Shown one piece after another: positions 47,329 through 59,900 of a stretch of 64,000 bases of DNA. A model generated the notes under the pieces. That model did no database searches. It saw nothing but the letters and a program-made list of their open reading frames with translations, and was not told the DNA's origin. The position numbers and the translations under genes are program-made. Numbering within the stretch: the first letter of the stretch is position 1; the number at the start of each line of letters is the position of its first letter. Where the stretch lies: NCBI GenBank assembly GCA_040255585.1, contig JBDZVI010000004.1:1590-65589 (forward strand), in the 5' to 3' direction. This DNA is from Deinococcaceae bacterium. GTDB taxonomy: Bacteria; Deinococcota; Deinococci; Deinococcales; Trueperaceae.

Positions 47329-48191
47329 GTGAACGAGGTGCCGGGGCCAGGAGCGTCGAGACCGCTTCCGAAGCGGCCGTGATGGACCCCTCCGCGCGCC
47401 CGGATCCGCACGCCGACGCCGCCGAACGCGCCGCCGGCCAGCCGGCCGTCATGCCGGAACGGGTCGACGTACTGGGCTTCCCCGTCGACGTCGTGGACCT
47501 GCAAGACGCGGTGCGCTGGGTGCTGGACGCCGTCGCGGACGGCGGCAAGCCCCGCCTCGTCGTCACCCTCAACCCGGAGATCGTCGTGCAAGGCCTCGGC
47601 GATCCGGACCTCGCCGCGGCCCTCAGAAGCGCTGACCTGAGCGTCGCTGACGGGGTCGGCATCGCGCTGGCGGCGCGACGCGCGGGCCACCCCCTGCCCG
47701 GCAGGGTGCCGGGGATCGACCTCGTGACGGAGCTGTTCCACGTCGGCGGGCCGAACGTGCGCGCCTACTTCCTCGGCGCCAAGCCCGGCGTGGCGGAGCG
47801 CGCTGCCGCTGCCGCAGCCCGGCGCTTCGGCGTGACCGTGGCCGGTCACCACCATGGCTACTTCGACCGCGTCGGCGAGTCGGCCCGGATCTGCGAGGGC
47901 GTGAGGGCGGCGCGCCCCGACGTGCTACTGGCGGGGCTTGGCGAGGGCCAGGAGCTGTTCCTCGACCGCCACGCCCAAGCGCTCGGCGCCAAGGTCCTCA
48001 TCGGAGTCGGCGGCACCCTTGACGTCCTGGCGGGCGAGGTGAGGCGCATGCCGGCCTGGACGACGCGGCTCGGCGTGGAGTGGCTCTTCAGGGTGGCGCT
48101 GGATCGCCGCCGCTGGAAGCGCGTCCCGCGGCTCGCCAAGTTCCTGTGGCTGGTCGTGAGTCAAGGCCGCCCCGGCCCCGCCGAGCGCTGA
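47325..48191 (+). CDS. WecB/TagA/CpsF family glycosyltransferase
   Basis: VDVLGFPVD, LNPEIVV, ADGVGI, LGAKPGV, GVGGTLDVLAGEVRRMP and VEWLFRV match the TagA family pattern. TTG 47325 overlaps the comB-like stop (TTGA); ATG 47382 is an alternative start. Confidence 0.75.
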   Translation: MSERGAGARSVETASEAAVMDPSARPDPHADAAERAAGQPAVMPERVDVLGFPVDVVDLQDAVRWVLDAVADGGKPRLVVTLNPEIVVQGLGDPDLAAALRSADLSVADGVGIALAARRAGHPLPGRVPGIDLVTELFHVGGPNVRAYFLGAKPGVAERAAAAAARRFGVTVAGHHHGYFDRVGESARICEGVRAARPDVLLAGLGEGQELFLDRHAQALGAKVLIGVGGTLDVLAGEVRRMPAWTTRLGVEWLFRVALDRRRWKRVPRLAKFLWLVVSQGRPGPAER

Positions 48192-48243
48192 GGCCGCGCC
48201 ACCCGGCCGCGCTTGCGCGCACCGGCTCCAACACTCGAGCGCG

Positions 48244-48312
48244 GGGGCGTCGCGGGTCAGCGCGCCGCGGGTCATGGCGCCGCGTCGGGGCGTCGCGGGT
48301 CAGCGCGCCGCG
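48244..48312. repeat. 26-nt direct repeat with 43-nt period, spanning the purF stop codon
   Basis: GGGGCGTCGCGGGTCAGCGCGCCGCG occurs identically at 48244-48269 and 48287-48312. The second copy contains the purF stop (48300-48302). Confidence 0.8.
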
Positions 48313-49751
48313 TCGGCGCGCCCCCACCCCACCGACTCAAGGCCTTCGGCCTCGGCCAGCGCGCTTGGCCGCCCGGCGGGATACCGGCCGTCGAAACAGG
48401 CGAGGCAGACGCCCGGCAGGCCGAGGGCCCTGGCCAGGCCGTCGATGCTCAGGAAGTGGAGCGTGTCGGCCCCGATGCGCCGCCTGATCTCCTCCACGCT
48501 CATCGTTGCAGCAGCGAGCTCTTTGCGGGCCGCGGTGTCTATGCCGTAGTAGCACGGGTACTTGATCGGCGGGCTGGAGACGCGGAAGTGGACCTCCGCC
48601 GCCCCGGCCTCGCGTAGGAGTTGCACGATGCGCCCCGACGTCGTGCCGCGGACGATGGAGTCGTCGACCAGCACTACGCGCTTCCCACGCACCGCCGCCG
48701 TCGGTCGGAGCTTTAGCTTCACCTTTAGGTCGCGGAGCGTTTGCGTAGGGTTGATGAACGTCCGCCCCGCGTAAGGTGACTTGTAGAGCCCGATGTCGTA
48801 AGGCACGCCGCTGTCGCGCGCGTAACCGACCGCGGCCGCCAGCCCGGACTCCGGCACCCCCACCAGGACGTCCGCCTCCACCGGGGTCTCGCGCGCGAGC
48901 TCGGCGCCCATGCGCACGCGGGCCGCGTGCACGTCGACACCGTCGAGGCTGGCGTCGCCGCGGGCGAAGTAGATCCACTCGAAGGCGCAAGGGGTCGGGG
49001 TGCCCGACACGACCTGGTGCGACGTGATACCCCGCTCGTCCGCGACCACGAGCTCGCCGGGAGCCACGTCCCTGACGAACTCAGCGCCCACCAGGGCCAG
49101 CGCCGCCGGCTCCGAGGCGAAGACGAAGCCGCCGTCGAGCCGGCCGACCACGAGCGGGCGCACCCCGTGGGCGTCGCGCAGGCCGATCACGCGCCGCTGG
49201 TCCATGATGACGACCGCGAAGCCGCCCTCCAGCTCGGTCATCGCGCGCGCCGTGGCGTCCACCAACCCCAGGTCGCTGTAACGCGCGATGAGGTTGAGCA
49301 TCACCTCGCTGTCGTTGCTCGTCTGGAACACGACGCCTTGGGCCAGCAGGACGTCGCGGATCTCCCTGGCGTTCGTGAAGTTGCCGTTGTGCGCGAGCGC
49401 GAGGTGGCCCTTGTTGGACCGGGCCGTGAGCGGCTGCGCGTTGAAGCGCAGGCTCGAGCCCGTCACAGAGTAGCGCGTGTGGGCCACGCCCTGGTTCGCG
49501 CCCTGGAAACGCAGCTTCTCCAGGCGCTCCTCCGTGAACACTTCGGCGACCAGGCCCATGTCCTTCTCGAGGCGCACCTGGTCCGGTCCGGCGACGCAGA
49601 TGCCGCACGACTCCTGGCCGCGGTGTTGCAGTGCGAAGATCCCGAGGTGGCAGATGCCTGCCACGTCGGCGGGTTCCGACAGCCAGACACCGAACACGCC
49701 GCACTCCTCGCGCGGCTTGTCGTCGGCGGGGACGAGCGGAAGCTCGATCAC
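48300..49751 (-). CDS. purF: amidophosphoribosyltransferase
   Basis: CGVFGV N-terminal nucleophile after a short propeptide, [10 protein letters not shown], and the PRPP loop [16 protein letters not shown] 49751 overlaps the purL stop (GTGA). Confidence 0.9.
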   Translation of the reverse strand: MIELPLVPADDKPREECGVFGVWLSEPADVAGICHLGIFALQHRGQESCGICVAGPDQVRLEKDMGLVAEVFTEERLEKLRFQGANQGVAHTRYSVTGSSLRFNAQPLTARSNKGHLALAHNGNFTNAREIRDVLLAQGVVFQTSNDSEVMLNLIARYSDLGLVDATARAMTELEGGFAVVIMDQRRVIGLRDAHGVRPLVVGRLDGGFVFASEPAALALVGAEFVRDVAPGELVVADERGITSHQVVSGTPTPCAFEWIYFARGDASLDGVDVHAARVRMGAELARETPVEADVLVGVPESGLAAAVGYARDSGVPYDIGLYKSPYAGRTFINPTQTLRDLKVKLKLRPTAAVRGKRVVLVDDSIVRGTTSGRIVQLLREAGAAEVHFRVSSPPIKYPCYYGIDTAARKELAAATMSVEEIRRRIGADTLHFLSIDGLARALGLPGVCLACFDGRYPAGRPSALAEAEGLESVGWGRADAAR

Positions 49752-51985
49752 GCCTGCTTCGCCCCCAGCGCTCGCTCGAACGTGCCCGTATGAGCGGTCC
49801 GCAACTCCGCGACGGTCAACTTGACCGTCTTCCCTGCCGCGCTGAGCTCGAACGCCTCGCCACCCGATCGCCCGACGACGGCGGCCGGCACCCCTACCGC
49901 CTCGCACCGCGCCACCGCCTCGGCAACGTTCTCGTCGGTCACGGCCAACACGACGCGGGCACCCCCTTCGCCGAACAGGAGCTCCGCGGCGCCGTGGCCC
50001 GCCCCGAGGTCGGCGCGTAGACCGGCGGACCCCGGCCCGCCTGCCAGCACCATCTCGGCCAGCGCAACAGCCAGTCCACCCTGACTCGCGTCGTGGGCCG
50101 TATCGCAGAGGCCGTCCGCGATCAGGCCCCTGACGACCGCCTGCACTTTCGCCTCCTCCACGAGGTCGATCGGTGGGGGAGCGCCAGCCTCGAGCCCGTG
50201 CAGGCGGTGGAGGTACTCGCTCGCCCCCAGCGTGCCAGCAACGCGGCCGACGAGCACCAGGGCGTCGCCGACGCGCTTGAGCCCCTGCGTGGCATGGCAG
50301 GACACGTCGGCGAGGACGCCGACCATCCCCACCGTCGGCGTCGGATGGATGGCGCGCCGGCCATCGGGCGCGGCGTACTCGTTGTAGAGGCTGACGTTGC
50401 CGCCGGTCACGGGCGTGTCGAGCGCGACGCAGGCCCTGGCGAGACCGGCGACGGCCTTCTCCAGCTGATAGTAGACCCCGGGGCTCGTCGGGTTGCCGAA
50501 GTTGAGGTTATCGGTTACGGCCAACGGCAACGCGCCGACGCAGGAGAGGTTCCTGGCGGCCTCGGCCACCGCGTGCATCGCGCCCAGCTCGGGATCGAGG
50601 TAGACGTAGCGCGAGTTGCAGTCGACCGTCGCGGCGACCCCGAGCCGGGAGCCCTTCACGCGCAGCACGGCGGCGTCGGCGGCCCCGGGCACGACGACGG
50701 TGTTCGTCATGACCTGGTGGTCGAACTGGCGGTAGATCGGCAACTTCGACGCCACGGTAGGGCTGGCGAGGAGGGTCAGGAGCGCACCGGCGGGGTCCTT
50801 GAGGTCCGGTAGGTCGGCGAGGTCGCGCTCGCGCGCGGCTACGATGCGCGGGTCCTCCAACCCCTCGCGCACGTACTCGGGAGGCTCGTTCAACGCGGCC
50901 ACCGGGAGGTCCGCCTTCAGCTCCCCGCGTTCGAAGACCTTGAAGCGTCCGTGGTCGGCGACGGTCGCGACCTCCACGGCGTCTAGCTCCCACTTGGCGA
51001 GGAGCGCCAGCAGCTCGGTCTCCTTGCCGGGCGCCGCGCTGACGACCATGCGCTCCTGCGACTCGGAGAGCATGACCTCGAGGGGCGTCATGCCCGCCTC
51101 GCGGGTCGGGACCTTGTCGACGTGGAAGTCGACGCCGAAGCCCGCACGGTGGGCCATCTCGCCGACGGAACTCGTGAGGCCTGCTGCGCCCATGTCCTGC
51201 ACGCCAGCCACGAGACCGGCGCCGTACGCCTCGAGGCACGCCTCGAGCAGCAGCTTCTCCATGAACGGGTCGCCGACCTGGACGGCGGGGCGGTCGGCGC
51301 TGGAACTTCCCGAGAGGTCGGCCGAGGCGAACACGGCCCCCCCGAGACCGTCACGGCCCGTCTTGGAGCCGACGTAGAAGAGGCGGTTACCTGGAGCGCC
51401 GACCGTGCCCTTCTGCAACTCATCGTGCCTCAGCAGTCCTAACGCCATGACGTTCACGAGCGGGTTCTCGCCGAAGCATGCGTTGACCTCGACCTCGCCG
51501 CCCACCGTCGGCACGCCTATAGCGTTGCCGTACAGCGCGATGCCGTGGACCACGCCGCTCAACAGGTAGCGGTTGCGTTCCTCGCCGAGTTCGCCGAAGC
51601 GCAGGGCGTTCAGGGTAGCGAACGGGCGCGCGCCCATCGCAAAGATGTCGCGGAGGATGCCGCCAACGCCGGTGGCGGCGCCCTGGACGGGCTCGACGGC
51701 GCTCGGATGGTTGTGGCTCTCCATCTTGAAGGCGACGCCCCAGCCCTCGCCTATGTCGACCACGCCGGCGTTCTCGCCGGGACCCTGGATGACCTGGGGC
51801 CCCTTGGTCGGAAGGCGGCGCAGGAGGGGCTTGGAGTTCTTGTAGCCGCAGTGTTCGCTCCACAACGCGCCGAACATGGCCGCCTCGAGGGCGTTCGGCT
51901 GCCTACCGAGTCTCCGGACGACTTCGTCGAACTCCTCCGGTGTCAGGCCGAAGGTGGCGGCGCGCACCCTCAGGTCATCGGTCAT
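49748..51985 (-). CDS. purL: phosphoribosylformylglycinamidine synthase subunit PurL
   Basis: [18 protein letters not shown] and GGILRDIF motifs; typical small-PurL length of about 745 aa. Confidence 0.95.
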   Translation of the reverse strand: MTDDLRVRAATFGLTPEEFDEVVRRLGRQPNALEAAMFGALWSEHCGYKNSKPLLRRLPTKGPQVIQGPGENAGVVDIGEGWGVAFKMESHNHPSAVEPVQGAATGVGGILRDIFAMGARPFATLNALRFGELGEERNRYLLSGVVHGIALYGNAIGVPTVGGEVEVNACFGENPLVNVMALGLLRHDELQKGTVGAPGNRLFYVGSKTGRDGLGGAVFASADLSGSSSADRPAVQVGDPFMEKLLLEACLEAYGAGLVAGVQDMGAAGLTSSVGEMAHRAGFGVDFHVDKVPTREAGMTPLEVMLSESQERMVVSAAPGKETELLALLAKWELDAVEVATVADHGRFKVFERGELKADLPVAALNEPPEYVREGLEDPRIVAARERDLADLPDLKDPAGALLTLLASPTVASKLPIYRQFDHQVMTNTVVVPGAADAAVLRVKGSRLGVAATVDCNSRYVYLDPELGAMHAVAEAARNLSCVGALPLAVTDNLNFGNPTSPGVYYQLEKAVAGLARACVALDTPVTGGNVSLYNEYAAPDGRRAIHPTPTVGMVGVLADVSCHATQGLKRVGDALVLVGRVAGTLGASEYLHRLHGLEAGAPPPIDLVEEAKVQAVVRGLIADGLCDTAHDASQGGLAVALAEMVLAGGPGSAGLRADLGAGHGAAELLFGEGGARVVLAVTDENVAEAVARCEAVGVPAAVVGRSGGEAFELSAAGKTVKLTVAELRTAHTGTFERALGAKQA

Positions 51986-52051
51986 GGTCGGACTCTCCGT
52001 TACCGGTCTCGCAAGGTCTCTGTTCGCGTCGACGCTCGCGGTCGGCGCCGA

Positions 52052-52789
<738 letters not shown>

Positions 52790-52901
52790 CTCTAACCTGT
52801 AAGCTACCATGTCGTCCAAGCTGGTAACTTGCCCCGCCGGGCGCCGGATTGGTAGTATCCTCAACCGTCCGCGCGCTTAACCACCACAGGGCGAGCGAGG
52901 C

Positions 52902-52985
52902 GCCGAGATGGCGGAACGGTAGACGCAGTTGACTCAAAATCAACCGGGGCGACCCGTGCGGGTTCGAGTCCCGCTCTCGGCACCA
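52902..52985 (+). tRNA. tRNA-Leu (anticodon CAA)
   Basis: Acceptor GCCGAGA/TCTCGGC; D arm GCGGAACGGTAGACGC; anticodon stem GTTGA/TCAAC with loop CTCAAAA (CAA); long variable arm; T arm GCGGG-TTCGAGT-CCCGC; A73; encoded CCA. Confidence 0.9.
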
Positions 52986-53044
52986 AACGGTTCTCAAGGA
53001 TAGCGACCAGCCCGCCGTTCGTTAAGCGGGCGTCGACTGGAGGA

Positions 53045-53278
53045 ATGATGTTCTGGATCGCGTTCGTAATCTTCTGCGTCGTCTCGGTGGTACTCACCGT
53101 TGCGGTGCTCATGCAGGAGCCCAAGCAGTCTGGCCTGGGTGACGCGCTGGGCGGCGGCGGTGGCGGCGACTTCGGCGCGAGCCTCGGCGGCACGGCCGGC
53201 GGCCTGCACCGCACGACCATCTACCTGGCCATTGCCTGGGCCGTCATGGCGCTCCTCCTCGGACTGATCCCGCGCTGA
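53045..53278 (+). CDS. secG: preprotein translocase subunit SecG
   Basis: 77 aa with two TM helices flanking a Gly-rich loop (LMQEPKQSGLGDALGGGGGGDFG). SecG-tRNA-Leu linkage is also known in E. coli (secG-leuU). Confidence 0.8.
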   Translation: MMFWIAFVIFCVVSVVLTVAVLMQEPKQSGLGDALGGGGGGDFGASLGGTAGGLHRTTIYLAIAWAVMALLLGLIPR

Positions 53279-53351
53279 GCACGCGCACTGCCCTTTCCTC
53301 AAGGAACCGTGAGGCTTTCACCCTCCTCACCTTACTTGCGGCATCGGCGTT

Positions 53352-53379
53352 TTGAGGTTACCGTAAACCGTCGTAAACT
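53352..53379 (+). promoter_or_regulatory. candidate promoter of the peptide ABC transporter operon
   Basis: TTGAGG (53352-53357), 16-nt spacer, TAAACT (53374-53379), in a locally AT-richer stretch about 70 nt upstream of the binding-protein start. By eye only. Confidence 0.3.
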
Positions 53380-53447
53380 TTGGGCGTGACGGCGCAGGTC
53401 CGATCCCGGTCCGGTGCCCACGCCAACCGTAGTTCAATGGAGGAGAA

Positions 53448-55202
53448 ATGAAGAGACTACTCACCGCTATTAGCCTTATGGCGATCGCGACCATCGCGTT
53501 CGCGCAGCCGTTCGTCTGGCCGGACGCCTGGTCCAACGCCACGCCGGGCGAAGCCGTCCGCGGCGGCGAACTGCGCATCAGCCTCATCGGCGACCCGCGC
53601 ACCTTCAACCCCGTCACCTCGGCCGAGTCCCAGGCCCTCTCCGACTACCTCTTCACCAACGGCGCCGCCGTGCTCATCACGCGCGGTCCCGACTCCGACG
53701 AGTGGCTCCCCTACGGCGCCTCCTCCTTCACGGCGAGCGAAGACGGCATGACGGTCGACGTCACCGTGCGCGACGGCATGAAGTGGTCCGACGGCAGCCC
53801 CATCACGGCCCAGGACTACTACATCCGCTACGTCCTCGAGACGGACCCCGACGTCGGCTCCAACGGCTACGACAGCTGGTTCATGGGTGACGACCAGATC
53901 ACGGTCGAGCGCGTCGGCGACAACGGCCTGCGCTTCCACTTCCCCCGCCCCGACCGCCTCGCCTTCCCGGTGGTGGCCGTCGCTCCGGTGCCGGACAAGA
54001 TCTTCGGTGAGGCGTACCGCTCCGGCGGCGCCGAAGCCGTCAAGGCCCTCTGGGGCACCGACGTCGACGTCTCGACCACCGTCTGGTCGAACGCTTTCGT
54101 TCCCACGACGTTCCAGCCCGGCGAGCGCATCATCCTCCAGCGCAACCCGTACTTCGGCGAGTGGAACGTCGACTCCGCCGGCAACGCGCTGCCCTACCTC
54201 GACACCTACAGCATGACGATCGCCGGCGACCTCGATTCCGCCCTGAACCTCTACCTGGCCGGCGACGTCGACCAGTTCAACCCGCGTAACCTCGACGACA
54301 TCGGTGTCATCAACAACGCCGTCAACAACGGCGACATCGACGTCCTCGTGATGGAGTCGGTCAGCCCGGTCGCGAGCAGCCAGTTCATCGTCTGGAACTG
54401 GAACAAGGCCTCCGACCCCGACAAGGAAGCCCTCTTCCGCAACGCGAACTTCCGCCGCGCCATGGCGTACGTCATGGACCGCGACGCGATCATCGACCTC
54501 GTCTACAACGGCGCCGGCATCCCGATGTACACGAACGTCTACCCGATCAACGACTACTGGGTGAACCACGACGCCGAGCAGTACCCGTACAACCCCGAGA
54601 AGGCCGCCGAGCTCATGGCCTCCATCGGCTACGACCGCAAGAACGCCGACGGCATCCTCGTGAACGCCGAAGGCAAGACGGCCTCCTTCATCCTCGCCAC
54701 GAACGCCGGCAACACGGCGCGCGAGCAGATCGCGGCCATCTTCGCCGACTCCGCCCGCGAGATCGGCGTGGACGTCCAGGTGCAGGCCATCGACTTCAAC
54801 CTCCTCGTCGACCAGCTCCTCTCCGAGGGCGACGACCGTCCGTTCGACGCCATCCTCATCGGCCTCACCGGCGGCTCGCGCGACTGGCCGTTCGGCGTGA
54901 ACGTCGTGCCTTGCGGCACCAACCTGCACAGCTACAACACGAGCGGTGAGTGCCTCACGGCGCAGGAGACGCTCATGAGCCAGCTCTTCAACGTCGGCCG
55001 CGAGACGCTCGACACCGAAGCCGCTCGCGACATCGGCTACGAGATCCAGGCCGTCGAAGCCGACCTCGCGCCGTACCTGTACGCCGTCAGCCCAATGGCG
55101 CACTACAGCTGGTCCTCCAGCCTCCACGGCTACCACAACGAGGGCCAGATCAACCCGCTCCTCGGCGCCTACGAGCTCCCACTCGTCTTCATGGCCCGGT
55201 AG
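53448..55202 (+). CDS. ABC transporter substrate-binding protein, family 5 (oligo/dipeptide type)
   Basis: Signal peptide MKRLLTAISLMAIATIAFA; family-5 SBP size and motifs (DGMKWSDGSPITAQDY, RRAMAYVMDRDAI); GGAGGAGA upstream of the ATG. Confidence 0.85.
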   Translation: MKRLLTAISLMAIATIAFAQPFVWPDAWSNATPGEAVRGGELRISLIGDPRTFNPVTSAESQALSDYLFTNGAAVLITRGPDSDEWLPYGASSFTASEDGMTVDVTVRDGMKWSDGSPITAQDYYIRYVLETDPDVGSNGYDSWFMGDDQITVERVGDNGLRFHFPRPDRLAFPVVAVAPVPDKIFGEAYRSGGAEAVKALWGTDVDVSTTVWSNAFVPTTFQPGERIILQRNPYFGEWNVDSAGNALPYLDTYSMTIAGDLDSALNLYLAGDVDQFNPRNLDDIGVINNAVNNGDIDVLVMESVSPVASSQFIVWNWNKASDPDKEALFRNANFRRAMAYVMDRDAIIDLVYNGAGIPMYTNVYPINDYWVNHDAEQYPYNPEKAAELMASIGYDRKNADGILVNAEGKTASFILATNAGNTAREQIAAIFADSAREIGVDVQVQAIDFNLLVDQLLSEGDDRPFDAILIGLTGGSRDWPFGVNVVPCGTNLHSYNTSGECLTAQETLMSQLFNVGRETLDTEAARDIGYEIQAVEADLAPYLYAVSPMAHYSWSSSLHGYHNEGQINPLLGAYELPLVFMAR

Positions 55203-55237
55203 TACGGGGCAAAGGGACGGACACCTTCAGGTCTTTC

Positions 55238-55266
55238 GGAGTGGGCGGCTACACGCCGCCCACTCC
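55238..55266 (+). terminator. hairpin after the binding-protein gene (probable partial terminator or mRNA stabiliser)
   Basis: GGAGTGGGCGGC (55238-55249), loop TACAC, GCCGCCCACTCC (55255-55266): 12-bp perfect stem. Its position, between the SBP gene and the permease genes, is typical for ABC operons. Confidence 0.5.
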
Positions 55267-55374
55267 CAACTACGATCTATCTTGAGACTTATGTTCAACC
55301 TCAACGTCGCCGAGACGGTCCGGGCCGGTACGGCCGCTCCTGGTTCGCGCAGCGTCGGCCGGGAGGCGTAGCCG

Positions 55375-56376
55375 GTGTTCGTCTATATCCTCAGGCGCCT
55401 GTTCCAACTGATCCCGACGTTCATCGGGGCCACGATGCTGATGTTCCTCATCAGCCAGCTCGTGCCCGGCGACTTCTTCAAGGCCAAGGAACTCGAGCCG
55501 AACGTCCGCCCCGAGACCATCCAGCGCATGCGCGCCGAGTTCGGGTTGGACAAGCCCGTCTACGTCCAGTACGTCAACTGGATGAAGAACCTCGTGACGG
55601 GCAACCTCGGCCAGTCGTTTGTCTCCAACCAGCCGGTCTGGCAGCGTATCGCGCGGCCCATGCGCAACAGCATGTACCTCGCCATCCTCTCCATCATCCT
55701 GCTCTGGCTCGTGTCGATACCGGCGGGCGTCTATTCGGCGGTGAGGCAATACTCCTTCGGGGACCAGGCGGTGAGCGTGGTCTCCTACCTCGGCCTCGCC
55801 ACGCCGAACTTCTTCCTTGCCCAGGTGATCATCCTCGCCCTGTTCCTGACGAGGACCCTTACCAAGGACTGGTTCGGTTTCAACCAGCTCATCTTCCCCG
55901 TCGCCGGCATGACGAGCAGCAACTACCTGAGCCTCAGCCCCTGGGCCCAGTTCTGGGACGTCATGTGGCATATGTTCATCCCGTCGCTGGTCGTCGCCAC
56001 GTCCGGCATGGCGGGCTTCACGCGCGTGCTCAGGGCCCAGATGATCGAGTACCTAGGGTCCGACTTCATCCGCACGGCCCGCGCCAAGGGCGTAGGACAC
56101 ACCAAGGTGACCTACAAGCACGCCCTGAGACCCGCCATCATCCCGTTCGTCGCGGGCATAGGCAACCTGCTGCCTAGCCTCGTGGGCGGCGCCGGCCTCG
56201 TCGAGGTCGTCATGTCGTGGCCCGGCATCACGCCGACCTTCCTGACGGCGCTCCAGTCGCAGGACATCTACGTCGTCCTCGGCCTGCTCGTGATCACCAC
56301 GTTGTTGCTGATGGCCGGCAACCTGATCTCCGACCTCCTCCTTGCCGCGGTCGACCCGCGGATCAGGTACAACTGA
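55375..56376 (+). CDS. peptide ABC transporter permease (DppB/OppB type)
   Basis: MFVYILRRLFQLIPTFIGATMLMF start and EAA loop context YLGSDFIRTARAKGV; GTG start. Confidence 0.85.
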   Translation: MFVYILRRLFQLIPTFIGATMLMFLISQLVPGDFFKAKELEPNVRPETIQRMRAEFGLDKPVYVQYVNWMKNLVTGNLGQSFVSNQPVWQRIARPMRNSMYLAILSIILLWLVSIPAGVYSAVRQYSFGDQAVSVVSYLGLATPNFFLAQVIILALFLTRTLTKDWFGFNQLIFPVAGMTSSNYLSLSPWAQFWDVMWHMFIPSLVVATSGMAGFTRVLRAQMIEYLGSDFIRTARAKGVGHTKVTYKHALRPAIIPFVAGIGNLLPSLVGGAGLVEVVMSWPGITPTFLTALQSQDIYVVLGLLVITTLLLMAGNLISDLLLAAVDPRIRYN

Positions 56377-56385
56377 GGCTGCGGC

Positions 56386-57699
56386 GTGACAGATAAAGGC
56401 GACCTCCCCAACCCCGCCAGAGACGGCGCCGAGTCCGCTGCTGCGGGCGCGCCGGAAGCAGCGGCCCCCCTCACCGGACCGACCACCGCCGCGCCCCAGA
56501 CGCCCCTCGACTCCGCCCCTGTCGACTCCATCGAGTTCGAGCGCGGCGCCGGCCCGATCCTCACGCAGGAAGGCAAGTCGCAGGGCCAGATCGTCTGGGA
56601 GCAGTTCAGACGCCACAAGGCCGCGCTCGTCGGTGGCTGGATCCTCGTCTTCATGTACTTGTCGGCGATCTTCGCCGGCTTCTTGGCCCCTTACGGCATA
56701 AACGAGTACCGCCGCAGCCCGTCGGCCGCGTTCAGGCCGCCGACGCAGGTCCATTGGACCGACCCCGACACGGGCAGGCTTACCCGTCCTTTCGTCTACG
56801 ACGTCGTGGAAGCCCGCGACCCCATCACGCGCCAGCGCGTGTACGAAGAGGTCACGGACGTCCGGTACCCCATCAAGTTCCTCGTCCATCGCCCGTCGCA
56901 GCCGTACAAGATCCTCGGCCTGTTCAAGTCCGACCTGCACCTGTTCGGGGTCGACGACCCGGCCCGCGTCTTCCTCTGGGGCACCAACAACCTCGGCAAG
57001 GATCTCTTCTCGCGCGTGCTGTACGGCGGCCAGGTCAGTTTGACCATCGGCATCCTCGCCGTATGGGTCGCGTTCTTCCTTGGCCTCCTGCTCGGCGGCA
57101 TCGCCGGGTACTACGGCGGCCTCGTCGACGACATAATCATGCGCCTCGTCGAGGTGTTCGCGGCGATACCTGGGCTCTTCCTGCTCATCGTGCTCGCATC
57201 GCTGCTCAGGGACCCGGCCAACCCGCTGGCGAAGGCCTTCGGGCTGCAGATGACCTCGGCGCAGACGTTCCTGCTCACCGTCGTCGTGCTCGGCTTCGTC
57301 GGCTGGGGCGGTCTCGCCAGGGTCATCAGGAGCCTCATCCTGTCGGCCAGGGAGCTCGACTACGCTGCCGCGGCCAAGGCGCTCGGCGCGGGCGAGTCGC
57401 GGATCCTATGGCGCCACCTGCTCCCGAGCACGGCGAGCTACGTCATCGTCGACCTGACGCTGTCGATCCCGGGGTTCATCCTCGCGGAGACGGGCCTGTC
57501 GTTCCTAGGCCTGGGCCCGAGCGAGCTCGACACGGCCAGCTGGGGCTTGCTCCTGCGCGACGCGACGGCTCGCGGCATCAGCATCCAGTTCGTGCCCTGG
57601 CTCCTGATACCGGGTATACCCATCCTCTTCGCAGTGTTATGCTGGAACCTGCTAGGCGATGGATTGCGGGACGCCTTCGACCCCAAGAAGCGAAGGTAG
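56386..57699 (+). CDS. peptide ABC transporter permease (DppC/OppC type) with Pro/Ala-rich N-terminal extension
   Basis: GTNNLGKDLFSRVLYG, ELDYAAAAKALGAG and the C-terminal GDGLRDAFDPK. Confidence 0.85.
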   Translation: MTDKGDLPNPARDGAESAAAGAPEAAAPLTGPTTAAPQTPLDSAPVDSIEFERGAGPILTQEGKSQGQIVWEQFRRHKAALVGGWILVFMYLSAIFAGFLAPYGINEYRRSPSAAFRPPTQVHWTDPDTGRLTRPFVYDVVEARDPITRQRVYEEVTDVRYPIKFLVHRPSQPYKILGLFKSDLHLFGVDDPARVFLWGTNNLGKDLFSRVLYGGQVSLTIGILAVWVAFFLGLLLGGIAGYYGGLVDDIIMRLVEVFAAIPGLFLLIVLASLLRDPANPLAKAFGLQMTSAQTFLLTVVVLGFVGWGGLARVIRSLILSARELDYAAAAKALGAGESRILWRHLLPSTASYVIVDLTLSIPGFILAETGLSFLGLGPSELDTASWGLLLRDATARGISIQFVPWLLIPGIPILFAVLCWNLLGDGLRDAFDPKKRR

Positions 57700-57867
57700 C
57701 GCCCCACTGCCCGCACGCGGGCAAGGCCGGCATATTTCCACAAGCTTCAGGAATATCTTGCGGGGCGCGCTGCGCACTATTCAGCCGCCTGGCTCGGTAT
57801 CCCGTATGCGTGCTGTAGCCCTAGTGGCTCGGCGTGCCAACGCCAACTTGGAGGAGAGTGCGCACTG

Positions 57868-58877
<1,010 letters not shown>

Positions 58878-58881
<4 letters not shown>

Positions 58882-59885
58882 GCAACCAGCGCAGCAAGGA
58901 CGCCAAAGGTGCGGCTACCGAGTCCGGCCCGCTCCTCGAGGTCAAGAACCTTCGCAAGTACTTCCCCATCCGCGGGGGCATCTTCTCGCGCGTGGTGGCC
59001 AACGTCAAGGCCGTCGAGGACGTCAGCTTCAACGTCGAGCGCGGGGAGGTCGTCGGCCTGGTAGGCGAGTCCGGCTCCGGCAAGACGACGGTCGGCCGCA
59101 GCATCCTGCGCCTCATCGAGCCGTCCGCCGGTGAGGTGCTCTTCGACGGCGTCGACGTCACCAAGCTGAGCAAGGCCCACATGCGCGAGTACCGCAAGCG
59201 CATGCAGATCATCTTCCAGGACCCCTTCGCGAGCCTCAACCCGCGTATGTCCGTCGGCGACATCATCGGCGAGGCCATGACCATCCACAACCTGGCGCGC
59301 GGCAAGGAGCGCGAGCAGCGTGTGGCACAGCTGCTCGAGCGCGTCGGCCTCTCGCCGTCGCACATGCGCCGGTACCCGCACGAGTTCTCAGGCGGGCAGC
59401 GCCAGCGCATCGGCATCGCGCGCGCGCTCGCGGTCGACCCGCAGTTCATCGTCGCCGACGAGCCGGTCTCAGCCCTCGACGTCTCGATCCAGGCGCAGGT
59501 CGTCAACCTCCTGCAGGACCTGAAGGAGGAGCTCGGCCTCACCCTGCTCTTCATCGCGCACGACCTCGGGGTCGTCGAGTACATCAGCGACCACGTGATC
59601 GTGATGTACCTCGGCCGCATCATGGAGATCGCTCCCGCCAAGGAGCTCTACGCCAACCCGATCCACCCGTACACCGAGGCGCTCCTCTCGGCCGTGCCCA
59701 TCCCCGATCCGACCGTGAAGCGCGAGCGCATCATCCTGCAGGGCGACATCCCCTCGCCCATCAACCCGCCTTCCGGCTGCGTGTTCCGCACGCGCTGCCC
59801 GATCGCTACCAAGGAGTGCGCCGACGTGGTGCCGCCGCTCGTCGAGGTGACGCCGGGGCACTTCAAGGCCTGCATCAACCGCTGA
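58878..59885 (+). CDS. peptide ABC transporter ATP-binding protein (OppF/DppF type)
   Basis: [47 protein letters not shown] overlap with the preceding gene. Confidence 0.9.
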
Positions 59886-59900
59886 TGCCCTGGAGGCGGC

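Noticed and set aside
52790-52901. Missing purS upstream of purQ-purL-purF.
   Set aside because: There is no small ORF with a PurS-like sequence in the 112-nt gap before tRNA-Leu. purS is short and often unlinked, so its absence here is not informative without the whole genome.
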